DNA of 54,464 nucleotides, from the NCBI RefSeq assembly GCF_001194135.2, contig NC_068989.1, positions 67,960,375 to 68,014,838 on the forward strand, in the 5' to 3' direction. The notes under the pieces were generated by a model. That model saw only the letters and a program-made list of their open reading frames with translations. It did no database searches and had not been told where the DNA came from. Made by a program: the position numbers and the translations under genes. Origin of the DNA: Octopus bimaculoides. Lineage: Eukaryota. Shown one piece after another: positions 11,101-24,530 of this stretch (position 1 is the first letter of the stretch; each line of letters opens with the position of its first letter).

Positions 11101-11216
11101 CGTTGATTGTCCCCGACCGCCACCCCCCCACGTCATAATTATCTTTAACATCATGTACGATACATTTTTATCGCTTGTATCAACACCTACATTTTCCGCT
11201 TTATCACAATCATCAC

Positions 11217-11332
11217 AAACAGCACAACTACACACAAACAACACAACTACACACAAACAGCACAACTACACACAAACAGCACAACTACATACAAACAACA
11301 CAACTACATACAAACAGCACAACTGCACACAC
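11217..11332 (+). repeat. 19-bp minisatellite (AAACAGCACAACTACACAC), about 6 copies
   Basis: Tandem units seen directly, with few substitutions. Confidence 0.9.
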
Positions 11333-11772
11333 AAACACACACACACACAATCAAGCATGTCGACCATGCCAACCAGTCTCCAAACAATGTAACATACTAC
11401 AACCGCCACAACTGCTCAAAATCCACGCAATGACCACAAGAAAAAGCACTTAGCAGCACAATCGTGACAAACACCGCGCCTATTACATCCAACACAACCA
11501 GCAGGAAACGCTACGGCAAACAGCAGTTATTGTAAAGAGAAAACTTTTGTCACATAAATAAAACACTTGTGTAGGCCATGGCACATTTACAAACAGCGAC
11601 TATCAGAGAAGCAATCATTATTTCACGATCAAACACAAGCCGGCACCACACCGTTCCCTTTTGCCCGCTCCATCAACGTCGTTTATGACATTGTCGTCTA
11701 GTTGCAGTCGTCGTCGTCGCCGACGTTGTCGTTGTTGTGGCTGTCATCGTGCTTATCATCATTTTGGCCGTT

Positions 11773-11814
<42 letters not shown>

Positions 11815-13069
11815 NNNNNNNNNNNNNNNNNNNNNNNNNNNNNNNNNNNNNNNNNNNNNNNNNNNNNNNNNNNNNNNNNNNNNNNNNNNNNNNNNNNNNN
11901 NNNNNNNNNNNNNNNNNNNNNNNNNNNNNNNNNNNNNNNNNNNNNNNNNNNNNNNNNNNNNNNNNNNNNNNNNNNNNNNNNNNNNNNNNNNNNNNNNNNN
12001 NNNNNNNNNNNNNNNNNNNNNNNNNNNNNNNNNNNNNNNNNNNNNNNNNNNNNNNNNNNNNNNNNNNNNNNNNNNNNNNNNNNNNNNNNNNNNNNNNNNN
12101 NNNNNNNNNNNNNNNNNNNNNNNNNNNNNNNNNNNNNNNNNNNNNNNNNNNNNNNNNNNNNNNNNNNNNNNNNNNNNNNNNNNNNNNNNNACCACCACAG
12201 CTGTCACTACAGCAGCTGCCATATCCGCCGCCACCACCGCTGTCACCACACCCCACCGTTCAAGAACAACCAAAGCTACAACTGTATACTTGGTATCCTA
12301 AGAGCCACGGTAACTCTTTCAACTGCCAAATACATAGCGGAGTCAGTCAAACTTTTTTATTTCGTTGTTCCTTGCCATATTGTTCTAAACGAAATATCGT
12401 TGTTGTTATTACTGTTGCTGCTATTGTTATTAAATTACAGTTTTTTTTTCTGACCGAGCAGAGATATATGCTAAAAATGAACTAAATAAACAAGTAAATC
12501 CCTGAGGTTAATTACTCAGTGTCTCTACTCGTATACAAAACAATAGTTAAGTTTGATTTATTGTATTTAATACAGTGAATACAATTAGAAATATTTATGT
12601 GGTTAGAAAAAGACACTGTGTTTCCAGTGATTAATATTATTTTCATGACTTCGGAGACAACTTGGGGGACATAATTCACTCTTATTAGACGAATGGAGTC
12701 GGGATGATAATTTTCACTCACACACACAGCAGTATGTCACTCACTGTATTCTCCCAATTCTTAGAGGTTATGGTGGGTTTTGAGGGAGATCTGCCCGCTA
12801 CTTCTAGCGTGTCGCGTGTCAACGAAGAAGCCTACTTTGTTGGCCCGAGTCGTTGAAAGCTGGTACAACAAATTTCCATTAGGAGGTCGTAATTACTTCA
12901 GCTGATCATACGTTTACTGTACGCAGGAATTATGATACAAAATAATAGTTTTAAATCTAATTTTAAAATCTATTTATATTCCTATACACATAGTATGCCC
13001 ACCAATCATCAACCGAAAGGTGTTTCGTCACGTCACGCCAGAATCTCTATCCCTCATTAACTTTGCTAG

Positions 13070-13142
13070 ATCCTCAATTTCATGTATTCTTTGACAATGA
13101 ACTCGATGTAGCTGAGTACTCTTCGTTCTCTATTTATGGCGA
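13070..13142 (+). CDS. Candidate internal coding exon, 73 nt, phase 1 to 2: (D)PQFHVFFDNELDVAEYSSFSIYG(D/E); product unknown
   Basis: Acceptor CTCTATCCCTCATTAACTTTGCTAG and donor GA|GTAAGT; only one frame is open. No homology recognised. Confidence 0.4.
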
Positions 13143-14759
13143 GTAAGTTTCCAAAATATAATGCCTGTTGCTCAGCATTACAACAGTGACCAACAAAGCC
13201 TACACTACGTTGAGCAGTAATGCTAGAAATGAGCATCATGTGTCCCTAAAATATTGTCTTTACTCATTTGCTCACATTAAGATATGCTTTGAGTTCTCAA
13301 GAAACTTCTAATGTATATACCATCAAGTTGTTCTTGAAGTTCCTATCTCACCAAGTTGATCTTGAGCTCCATAATCCAATCTATGCTAAAATAAAATAGA
13401 TATACAGTATATTAAGTAAATCGTTGAATAGAAACTGTTAAAGTACCAGGAAATTAATGTCCAGAGCTGCCAAAAATGCGTTATTTATGCAAATCGATCT
13501 ATCCAGTGCAGCGAAATCCTTAGTAATATTAGGTTTGTAAGCTGTAGAACTGTGGTATTTAAACAGCATATTCGGTTACCGATGAAAACCAAAGTATTGT
13601 AACTACTCCGATCGATCCCCTTTGTATACAAATACAAGGTGTTTACCCCTGCCTGTTACATGTAGTGTTGGTTAAAATCTAATTCTATAGTTTTCTTTTT
13701 ATTTATTTTCATGCTTAGTCTGAAAGAAAGAACTGCGTCCATGGTCTTTGCATGCCTTCCGACTCTGCTGATACCGTTATGTTACGTTTTAATTGCTGCT
13801 AGAAGTGAATGCTCGCCAAAAAAAAAAATTAAAAGGAAAAGAAAAAGACATGAGCAGATCAAAGATTCCAGAGGGCCGATGTTCTGAGAGAAGAAGGAAT
13901 AGTATCGTGGTTAGAGCAGCTAACGGAGACTGCATGTAACAAGGTTGTTGAGAGATATAGAAATAATTAAGCCGAGAACGCATGAGTGGTGTAGGCAGAA
14001 GACCAGCCGGCCCCAGGGAATAGGAATCAATATAATAACGCCAGAAAAATAAAAGACAACCCACATGTGGGCCAGAGGCTGGAATGTGTCTGTTGTTTAT
14101 AACATACCAAACATGTGGGTGGAACTTCCTTGGATTCAGTCGCAGATGTCATGTGTGTAATAGCAGCATCGCCCCAGATCTGGACGCGGTACTTTACCGT
14201 GAGTCTTAGTAGAGCCCTATCTAATGTCAATATGTATTGGGAACTGAAATATATAATTTATTAATGGTATACAGCATGAAACTGAGGACCTATAAACCCC
14301 AGTTAAGGTGTCAGTAAATGTAACCCATTACCTACCAGTGATCTCATACGAGATCACTTAAAAATGATAAATTTCGTAATTATCTGTCAATATTTACACA
14401 TATCTAACCTTTTTGCTATATCTACTAGGTATATTTCTCTGATATTTAAATGATGTTTGCTAATTTTTCACCCAATATGTCGCTTATTTCTATTTAAAAT
14501 GTTATTTTGAAATGTTATTTTGATCATTCCAGCGTGTTTCTAAGGCTGTTTTATGCTAGAAATCAAAGTTTCATTAAAAAAATCCAGTTAATAGAATTAT
14601 GGGATTTCTACTGATTGGACAGAAAATATAAAATCGATGTTTCCAGACTTCTGGAGGAAATGGGCAACAATATGCTGCGTAGTGCTAATATGTAAATGAT
14701 AGAAATGTTCATCCCTGTTCTTTTATACTGTATGTAGTTTTACATATAGAGGAACTGTC

Positions 14760-15075
14760 TTTGGTAGTATTAGCTGCCGTGATTATGGACATCGCTACTA
14801 CCACCACCACATTTACTACCAGTACTACGATTTCCATCATCATTATCATTATCAACATAATCACCGTCATCTTCACTGTCCTCTTCCTCCTCAATTCTTC
14901 CTCCCCTCCTACTCTTCCTTCTCCTTTTCTTCCTCATTTTCCTCCCCTCTTCCTCCTCTACTTCTCCCTCACTTTCTCTTCTCTCCTCCTCTCCTCCTCT
15001 CCCCCTCCTCTTCCTCCTCCAATCTCTTCCCTCTCCCTCCTTTTTCTCATCCTCTTCATCCTCCCTTCCCTTTTC

Positions 15076-15123
<48 letters not shown>

Positions 15124-15419
15124 CACTATCACTGCTACGTCGTCGTCATCGTCGCTGTTGTGGTCGTGGTCGTTGTCATCATCATCACAAAACCACCACA
15201 TCAGCAATACCATCTACACGTCTACAAACACCACAGACAACAATATTACTACTACCCGTTGCTACACGATCTACTAGATATCGTAGTTAAATATCCCTCA
15301 GATGCCAACCCATTGACTTTTACAAAAAAAAAAAACGACGCATTGAATGGGCACGGGTGGAACTCCTATGAGAGATCTGTTCGACAAGATTGAGCTAGAA
15401 TAACCAACAACAACTATAT

Positions 15420-15461
<42 letters not shown>

Positions 15462-15604
15462 GTTACCTCGAATAAGAATTACTAATTTTATTACCAAAAT
15501 TGCAATTTACCCGTTGGCTAATTAAGGAAATGTGCGTTCGAAGCAGTTTGACATTATATCTATTTACCAAATATTAATTATTATTATTATTATCATTATT
15601 ATTA

Positions 15605-15677
<73 letters not shown>

Positions 15678-15680
15678 CAT
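14760..15680. repeat. Low-complexity block: (CTC/CTT)n, (CAT)n, (GTC)n, (ACT)n, (ATT)n
   Basis: Seen directly; accounts for ORF 14761-15393. Confidence 0.9.
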
Positions 15681-16059
15681 GTATGAATTATGTTCTGTGG
15701 TGCCATAAAAATATGGCCGTTGTTGTTTGGACAATGGAGCGTCAATATTTGTCTTCAAGCCAAATAGCATACAAGACTCTTCTAATTATGGGTCTACACA
15801 AATATACGTATATACGCACACACGTACTTATACACATGTACACAATCACACACATACGCACGCGCGCGCACACACACACACGTATGCATGTATACACACA
15901 CACACATATATATATATATATGTACATATATGCATATATTTATAAGCATAAATATACAAGTATATAAATATATGCATACATATTCATATATATATATATA
16001 TGCATATATATATATGCCTTTGTGTTATACACACACACACACACACATACACATATACG

Positions 16060-16118
<59 letters not shown>

Positions 16119-16315
16119 NNNNNNNNNNNNNNNNNNNNNNNNNNNNNNNNNNNNNNNNNNNNNNNNNNNNNNNNNNNNNNNNNNNNNNNNNNNNNNNNNN
16201 NNNNNNNNNNNNNNNNNNNNNNNNNNNNNNNNNNNNNNNNNNNNNNNNNNNNNNNNNNNNNNNNNNNNNNNNNNNNNNNNNNNNNNNNNNNNNNNNNNNN
16301 NNNNNNNNNNNNNNN

Positions 16316-16373
<58 letters not shown>

Positions 16374-16617
16374 TGTGAGAGAGAGAGAGAGAGACAGAGA
16401 GTGAAACAGGAGACCAGAGATTATAGTGAGGAGCGTACAACAATTAGTCATATCTGACGAATCGAACATACATTTTCCATTGTGGGTTTGTCACACAACA
16501 CATTTTTGTTTTAATGATCGAAACACTATCAGGTATTAGTAATACTCAGCTAAAGCCTATTCACTTTGGACCGCCATTACTTTACTTAACTATTCATTGC
16601 TTTATTATGAATAAGCC

Positions 16618-16773
16618 TAGATGTTTCACTACCAATGACCCCTTTAATTTAAATGAGTTTTCCCACGGACTCCAGGATATTGAAATGTTTGTTAGCTTAA
16701 CATGCTCACGGACTTGCAGTACTACCTTTGCGGACCACCAGGAGTCTGCCGACCACAGGTTGGGAACAATTGC
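16618..16773. mobile_element. Degenerate small hAT (Charlie-like) MITE remnant
   Basis: The right end GCGGACCACCAGG...GACCACAGGTTGGGAACAATTG resembles hAT termini; the left end is poorly preserved. Confidence 0.4.
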
Positions 16774-16951
16774 TCTAACACCTTAATAATGAAGTACACA
16801 ATTAGAATTTGTTGACGTGGTCATTTTTGGAATGCCTTTGATCCAAGTTATGCTCTATTAGGATTAAGGTGAAATTAAACAAACATAATGAGAATGAGAT
16901 CCATACTTTAAAGCTGTTGCTTTTTTTTTTTTAGATTTTTATGTCATCATA

Positions 16952-17330
16952 GGAGGCGCAATGGTCCAGTGGTTAGGGCAGCGGACTCGCGGTCATAGGA
17001 TCGCGGTTTCGATTCCCAGACCGGGCGTTGTGAGTGTTTATTGAGTGAAAACACCTAAAGCTCCACGAGGCTCCGGCAGGGGATGGTGGCGAACCCTGCT
17101 GTACTCTTTCACCACAACTTTCTCTCACTCTTACTTCCTGTTTCTGTTGTGCCTGTAATTCAAAGGGCCAGCCTTGTCACACTGTGTCACACTGAATATC
17201 CCCGAGAACTACGTTAAGGGTACACGTGTCTGTGGAGTGCTCAGCCACTTGCACGTTAATTTCACGAGCAGGTTGTTGTGTTGATCGGATCGACTGGAAC
17301 CCTCGACGTCGTAAGCGACAGAGTGCCAAC
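16952..17330 (+). mobile_element. tRNA-derived SINE, family A head with tail type 2, full length
   Basis: A and B boxes present. Near-identical to 48872-49204, and shares only the head with 1324. Confidence 0.93.
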
Positions 17331-17639
17331 TTCTAAAAAAACATGTCATCATAGTTATTAACAGTTGCAGATGAAACATATCTAAAAGCAAACAAACAAC
17401 CAAAAATAAGCTAAAATATTTACATCTCTATTAAGTTTCTACTAGCTTGATATCCTACCCCTTCAAGTGTTTTACTGTTGCATGTTTAATCTAGTATGTG
17501 ACTGGATTGAAACTCGGAACTTTTATTTCTAAACTAAAAAGCAGTGCCACTATTATCTGTTAGTTAACTAACGCATTTACATTAATGGCTCACACTTAGA
17601 TTAAGCTAAACCATGTACTAGAGTATTACTACTTGGTAT

Positions 17640-17678
17640 ATGATGGGTAACTTTGGAAATATACTTTTGCTGCTATAG
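17640..17678 (+). pseudogene. Candidate first coding exon, paralog of 22880-22919, with a 1-nt deletion that creates a stop
   Basis: ATGATGGGTAACTTTGGAAATATACTTTTGCTGCTATAG|GTAATA aligns with 22880. It is 39 nt versus 40 nt; restoring one T gives MMGNFGNILFAAI in phase 1. Confidence 0.4.
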
Positions 17679-17820
17679 GTAATAACAGAAAATACAACAT
17701 ACAGACAATACTCGCTATTTGTTATCAAATTTCTTGCTACTATAGAAAATAATGAAGTGTATACTAATTTTCAAAAGAAAAATATTTATTGCTTTAAAAA
17801 TAAATTTAAACAAATTTCTC

Positions 17821-17983
17821 AGCGCAGAAGTGCCTGTGTGGTAAGAAGTTTGATTGCCAACCACATGGCTCCGGACTCAGTCTCACTGTGTGGTGTTTTG
17901 GTTTAGTGTTTTCTACTATAGACTCAAGCCGACCAAAACCTTGCGAGTGGATTTGGTTGGTGGAAACTGAAAGAAGCTCGTCG

Positions 17984-18024
<41 letters not shown>

Positions 18025-18222
18025 TTATTCCCCCACTGCCGCTTGACAACAGGTGTTGGTGTGTTATGTCTGCGTAACTTAGCTGTCCGGCAAATGTTAC
18101 CGATAGAATGAGTACCAGGTTTAAAAACAATAAGTACTGGGGTCGATTTATTTTATTAAAACTTCTTGAAGGCAGTACCCCAGTATGACCGCAGTCAAAT
18201 GGCTGAAACAGATGAAAGATAA
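17821..18222 (+). mobile_element. Family C SINE, full length, with an internal (TA)(TG)n tract
   Basis: Collinear with 38780-39189; ends CCCAGTATGACCGCAGTCAAATGGCTGAAACAGATGAAAGATAA. Confidence 0.92.
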
Positions 18223-19473
18223 TTGAAATATAATCCGTCGAAAACCTGTCTCTGAAAAATTTAATAAAAGAAAAATACTTTTGTTTCAGAAAATTAGGAG
18301 ACACTCATTCTGTACCTTTGTTAACTCTCACTGCGGATCACATTTACTCTTTTTCTTCCTCTCACTCTATACAATGTGAAGCGTAGCTGGAGAAACCAAC
18401 CAACCAACCAATAAGCATTTATATCGGCTGTTATTATATAGAGACATTTTATAGTTATGAAGTTACAAACTTTTCCTAGATTTTCTCCACGTTTTGTCAG
18501 TTTTAAACAGTACTTTCATTAATCATTGCATGCGAAATTTTTAATTAGCTGAGAAAGAATTCAAGGCTATGACATATTTTATTTAATTTTATTTAAAGAA
18601 TTACATTATAGTGTCGTTTGAATCTAAACTTGCTTAAACTTTTTTTCGTAGTCAATAACTATCATATATTGCTTGCAATGTATCCGCGACACCGGTCAAT
18701 TTATACATTGAATGTATTAGAATATTAAAAAAAAGATTTTAGATTATGAGACTGACACGATGACCTTTACTCTGCAGAATTATATTAAAAGACAGGCATT
18801 ATTGATTCATGCTAGACTCAGTAACTAAAGTTTTTGGTAGAATCGACTAATTTGGTTCTTGTGCCTATTTTATCGATCCCGAAGCAAGCATTGAAACCCT
18901 GATCCGACCTCTGATTTCAAGATGAGAACGTATTGCTTGTTTTTCCATCACACTCGAAGAACCATATTGATTTATTCAGTTACTAAGATAACAATATTGA
19001 TCGATTTAAATATCAAATAAATGGCAATCTTGATTTACTGAGATATGATCAATATTTCTATTGCCGATGATAATGATGATACAGTACTGTTTATTATTAT
19101 TATTGACCATTAATATTTTAGTTCCAATTTCAATTCGTTATAGTTATAAAATTGTACTTTTTCTTAGCGTTTCTACCAAATTTTGTCAGGGTAATCACTG
19201 ATCGTTTCCATTCCTGAGGGGGAAAATCAAGCATGTAGAACATTTTCAATACAATACTTTTGTCTTAAAAAAATTTTCTTCAGAATTAAATAGGCAGACA
19301 TCACCCACAAATTAGTATGGCTTGGTAACAAGTATCATACTTTCACTAGCTGTTTAGGTGCTTATATGATCGAAAGAAGACTCAACTCTCCCAACAGTAC
19401 ATTTGAAACGTGACAACTGGAGGGAGAGTATGCTGCACCAATACTCGGATGCTATTGATTTTCTGCTGAGTAC

Positions 19474-19610
19474 ACTGGACTGGAACAACGTGAAATGAAG
19501 AGCCTAGCTCAAGGACATAATGCACAACTCAGTCTAGGAATTGAAACTATAACATTATGACTGTGAGCCGCCGAACATCTTAACCATTAGGCCACTCGGC
19601 CATGCACCTT
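19474..19610 (-). mobile_element. Degenerate tRNA/CORE SINE 5' part
   Basis: The reverse complement has GGCCTAATGGTTAAG, GTTTCAATTCC and CCTTGAGCTAGGCTCTTCATTTCACGTTGTTCCAGTCCAGT. Confidence 0.7.
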
Positions 19611-20566
19611 TGCATCTTCAGAATTATCTAATTTAAGTCTTTTAAAAGTTGTAGGAGACCAGAACAGGCTTTTAGCTCAAATCCTGAAGCAAAAGAATAT
19701 TTAGTCTGTTGTTCCATCGTTTATTCCATACCTTTCGCTCGGAAAAGAATTGTAACTATACAACTATAATAATATCCCTTATTAGATATCGTATTAAATG
19801 TTTCATTTTCAATAATAGTCACGGACCACTATAAAGACTGGACGGTATATAAATTTGTTAAACAGAATCCTTGTTGCAGTTATTTGTAAAGTGGCGAAAA
19901 GACCATATTAACGATTGACAAATGGTGTGATATTATTTCCGCCAAGAAACGGAATTCATTCACAGAGAAAACACATATCAAGAATTTTCCAAGCTTCCTT
20001 TAATGCTCAGCAATCAAACGTAATCATGTGCTTCGTATGCTCAGAAAGATTAAAAGATGTTACAATTTTTGATTAATTAGCAATTAGAAATCGTTCTATA
20101 AACATAATCTTAGATTTTGTAAAATGTCTCACAATGATCTCACTGAACACATCAAGATATACTTTACACTAAGGGTCAAATTACGGTGAAAGGGAGGAAA
20201 GATAAGTGTTGTAAAAAAAAGCAATGGTTTCGGATGTTTTGTCTAAATAAAAGTGTCTAACTTTTAAGGAAATCATGAGCGCCTTTGGTTAACGCCTAAA
20301 TATGCGATTTTATTACGAAGAAAGGAAGATACACTGGAATGATAGAGCACTTTGATGACAGAGGTTCTTTATCGAGAACTGAAATGTCACTAGACCGACA
20401 ATGCACTAAATAGTTTTGAGTAATTTTATATATTTCAAGAAAACAATGATCTAAAACCTAATGTAATAGTTATTTAGTAAGATAAATGAGACAACTGTAC
20501 GAGATCAAAGCCAAGAAACTCAAGAAAGAGTAGCTTAGAAAGGATTATCAATAAACATACGGAGTT

Positions 20567-20772
20567 AAGGCGGCGAGCTGGGAGAATCGTTAGCATGCCG
20601 GGCAAAATGTTTGGGGCATTACGTTCTGAGTTCAAATTCTGCCAAGGTCGACTTTGCATTTCATCCCATTCGAGGTCGATAAAATAAGTACCAATCGAGC
20701 ACTTGGGTTGATGTAATAAACTTGCTCTCTGCCTTAAGCTTACTGGCCTTGTGCTAAAATTTGAAACCAATA
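20567..20772 (+). mobile_element. Family B SINE
   Basis: AAGGCGGCGAGCTGGGAGAATCGTTAGCATGCCGGGC...GTTCTGAGTTCAAATTC...GGTCGATAAAATAAGTACC...GGCCTTGTGCTAAAATTTGAAACC. Confidence 0.9.
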
Positions 20773-22461
20773 AATTTAAGGAGTAATAACTATATGCGTT
20801 TTGTTTCTCTTAGAAATATATCTCCAGGAAATTATTTTCAGTTGCGCTGAATGAAGATCAAAACGACCAGTTTCATAGTTAATGATCCACCACAACTCTT
20901 TTACTTTTTTTCTTCTAAAAATACCAAGCTGAAGACTATCTATTAGAATGTAGGAAAACTCTGCATATGCAGAACTTATTTACATAATGATACTAGGTTG
21001 ATGTGAAGACAATAAAGACTAAAGCACCAATACACTGCGTCATGAATAAATAAATGTACAGAGATATTTAAAGAACTTCAAAATACTTCAAAATATTTTC
21101 GAAAATATTTAAAGCAATTGCATCCTCGAGGAAGCAATATATTCAAACTATGGGTGAAATAGAATCACCTAGCACGTACTTATCTTAATGTTGACATTGT
21201 GAAATCATCTCATTGCAAGATATTAATAAAATTTCGGAAGTTCGTTGAATATTATTGAATATGTAAAGTTTTTTTTTTTTAAATCATTTTTGTGTCAATC
21301 TTCTTTCAACTAAATGATGCCAAAGGTATATAATCTGACAGGTTTAAACATTTTAGTAAACTGAAATCTTTTCTCAAAATTAAAAAAAAAAGGAATTTCA
21401 GTTCGTTTCATGTAATATTTTATTACATAACTTATTTTATGAAACTTTATATTCAGGTAAACACCGGTTATAATTGAAGTTCTGTGATCCTTCGAAGTAT
21501 TAAATATTATTTTTGTATATATATATATTTTATTTTAGTCTAAAGCTATACAAAACCTTTTAATGATAATTCGAATTTATGGTTGATGTTTAAAATATAC
21601 AGCAAAACACTAAGTCAACAAAGGTAGAATATGTTTTAAGTAGAAAATGTGTGTGTATGCGTGTGTGTGCATATGTGTATGTATGTATGTGTGTATGTAT
21701 GCATGTATGTATGTATTATGGGAATATACTGTAAGCTTTGAATTATAGATTAGCTAATGCTAACCCGAGGTGTATCAAACCTATGTAAATTTTGGACGAA
21801 TAAACATAAACGTTTCCATTAACCATTAGATTATTCGATCATCATTGAACACTTAAGCCTGGCTGAACTTCAAGGCATTGATCCGGGAGAAGTTGGTTAT
21901 TTGAAGGCTTTGATTTGTTGGGAATGGAAATATAAAAGAAAAATTTGGAATTTGCTACATTCCTTTCATCTTTAAGTACTTTTTCGATAAGGCAAGTGAA
22001 ACAATTGCATGTTTTATAATATAACTGAATCACCGAAACAATACAAAACGATCATTATAAGCATACATAGTGACAACATTATGCAATGATATACTATATA
22101 TGTATGTACATACACACACACACACACACACACGCGCACCCATATATATATATGTATGTATGCGTGTATACACATGCACAAATTTGAATATTTATTTTAG
22201 TTATTTTTTAGGTATGGACAAATAACGAATTTTCTTATTTGAATATTGAATGAAGTGAATTACATTGGCAGATTCTCCATCAGTGTCCTCGATGAGAATT
22301 CAACTTTGCAATCAACCGAATACAGATTTGTGGAATTAATGCGTGAAAAGTTGAATACTCCACAGAAACATTTGCCAATATAGAAAATCTTAGGCCGAGT
22401 CAGTGTCACACAACATAATGCTGACTTCGTGAATTACAGGTACTTTCCAGAGAATGAGAGA

Positions 22462-22583
<122 letters not shown>

Positions 22584-22624
22584 TCAGAGATATAGTGAAT
22601 AGGAGAATTGATGTCTGTGCACGA

Positions 22625-22765
22625 CAATTACCTTATTCGTTGATCTTGAAGGGGTAACAGATAAAGTTGGCACGATAAAATTTGAATGCAGAAACTTGAG
22701 AGCAGAAACGAATACCACAAAGCATTCAATACAGCTCTCTAACTACTCTACCAATTCGCTATCTT
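22625..22765 (-). mobile_element. Highly degenerate family B SINE
   Basis: AATTTGAATGCAGAA...GAATACCACAAAGCATT...CTAACTACTCTACCAATTCGC follows the family B reverse-complement pattern. Confidence 0.5.
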
Positions 22766-22879
22766 AAGAAGATTAATTGCTTATAGAATGTAAACGGAGT
22801 TTATTTATTTATGGACTGGACTTCAGGTTTCTATTTGGACCTAATTTCGTGCACTTATGATAAATATTATACTAGCCGT

Positions 22880-22919
22880 ATGACGGCTAACTTTGGATGT
22901 ATCCTTTTTGCTACCGTGG
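22880..22919 (+). CDS. Candidate first coding exon, MTANFGCILFATV + phase 1 (signal-peptide-like); product unknown
   Basis: The ATG and the GTAATA donor are both conserved with the paralog at 17640. The hydrophobic stretch is short. Confidence 0.4.
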
Positions 22920-23271
22920 GTAATATAATGAAATATAACATACATACAATAATTGTAATTCAACTTTTATCAAATGTTTTGGTGTTTCTACAAAATGACA
23001 GAATGAATACTAATTCCAAAAGAAAAGTTTATACTGTCTTAAAATAAGATGAACAGAACAAATTTCTCGTTTGTATATTGGCAATAAAGATAGGTTATTA
23101 TTTTTCGACATTTTACAAACATAATCACAAACTACTCAATTGAAAATCTATCTCTGCAAAATTTCATAAAAAAAAAAATCTGCACTTTTCAGTAAGTTAT
23201 ATGAATTGAAATAGATGAAGGCTGCCAAACTGGGTTAAGCCTCTCTCGCGCTCTCCCTCCTCTCCGTATAT

Positions 23272-23347
<76 letters not shown>

Positions 23348-23493
23348 GAACACAAACAGTCACACACATGTATACACAGACATACACACACACTCACATA
23401 CACACACACTCACATACACACACATATATATACATGTGTATTTGTATGCCTGTGTGTGTTCGTGTGTGCGTGCATGTGTACGTGAGCGAGTGA

Positions 23494-23568
<75 letters not shown>

Positions 23569-24387
23569 CGTGCAAAAGTAATTGCAAATTGACAACTCAT
23601 TTCGGAACGAAAACAAAAAAAAAATATATGAGTGTACGAAAGAGAAATTTGAAATGAATTGTCAATGTGCAATCTAGGTTGTTTTTTAAGCAAAAATCTT
23701 ATTTTCTACGATGATATTTTCGTGAATTAAATACATCATTCCGTTGAAAAACAAAATCAAAATTTCATAACAATATTGATGTTTAATAACCAATATTTAA
23801 GCATTTACTTATTCGTTTCACTTACTTAAGGAACGACGTACGTGCATTAATTCTGCACTCCTTACATTAATTATCTATCGCTATTTAACTCCCACGTCAT
23901 CCTCAGTCTATTCGATACAAAGCGTAGCTGGAGAATCAACGTAACAATCAACCACCCAACCACCCAACCAGCATTAATCTCGGCTGTTATTAAATACAGA
24001 TTATCATATAATATAATCTATCATGAAGTCGAATACATGACGTGACGAGTGATGGATATTTCTACATCTGTCGCAAGCGTCTTCTGCACTCCACTCGCTT
24101 CTTATGTGATATAAATCGCAATGTGATGTAAGACAGAGTGATTATGAAGGTTTGATAGATTTAGTTATGAATACATAGGACATTAGAGAATTGTAAAATA
24201 TCATATTAGACGATAATTTAACTAAATGAAGATATAAACAATTGGCATCGCTGTTTATGATAGTTAATACATACCGAAGTAGTCCTCTGAGAGTTCTTAT
24301 ATTGTGTGTATTTCATATTCATATAATGGAAATATAGTCTAGTTCTCGATAATAATTACTTTGTATAGCCTGGTATTGTAAATTATT

Positions 24388-24428
<41 letters not shown>

Positions 24429-24452
24429 GAAATAATAATAATAATAATGATG

Positions 24453-24484
<32 letters not shown>

Positions 24485-24530
24485 GATGATGACGATGATG
24501 ATGATGAAGATGATGATGATGATGATGATG

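Noticed and set aside
11217-11332. Regular short repeats as a CRISPR-like array (also 30593-30772)
   Set aside because: There are no unique spacers, the context is eukaryotic, and these are plain tandem minisatellites.
10644-12485. Long poly-T/V/S/I ORFs suggesting a mucin-like exon
   Set aside because: They are trinucleotide microsatellites plus an N-gap, open in several frames on both strands.
12990-13040. Minus-strand GAAAC...TGATGA resembling a permuted hammerhead
   Set aside because: The spacer is too short for helices III and I plus a cleavage triplet.
14337-14358. 9-bp hairpin AGTGATCTC-ATAC-GAGATCACT as a Helitron 3' end
   Set aside because: No CTRR terminus at the expected distance; such hairpins arise by chance.
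16514-16786. 90-aa ORF as a gene
   Set aside because: Its 3' half is a hAT MITE end and no product was recognised.
23565-23600. GTGCAAAAGTAATTGC as an Hsmar1-like TIR
   Set aside because: Short match at the edge of a microsatellite with no partner or internal sequence.
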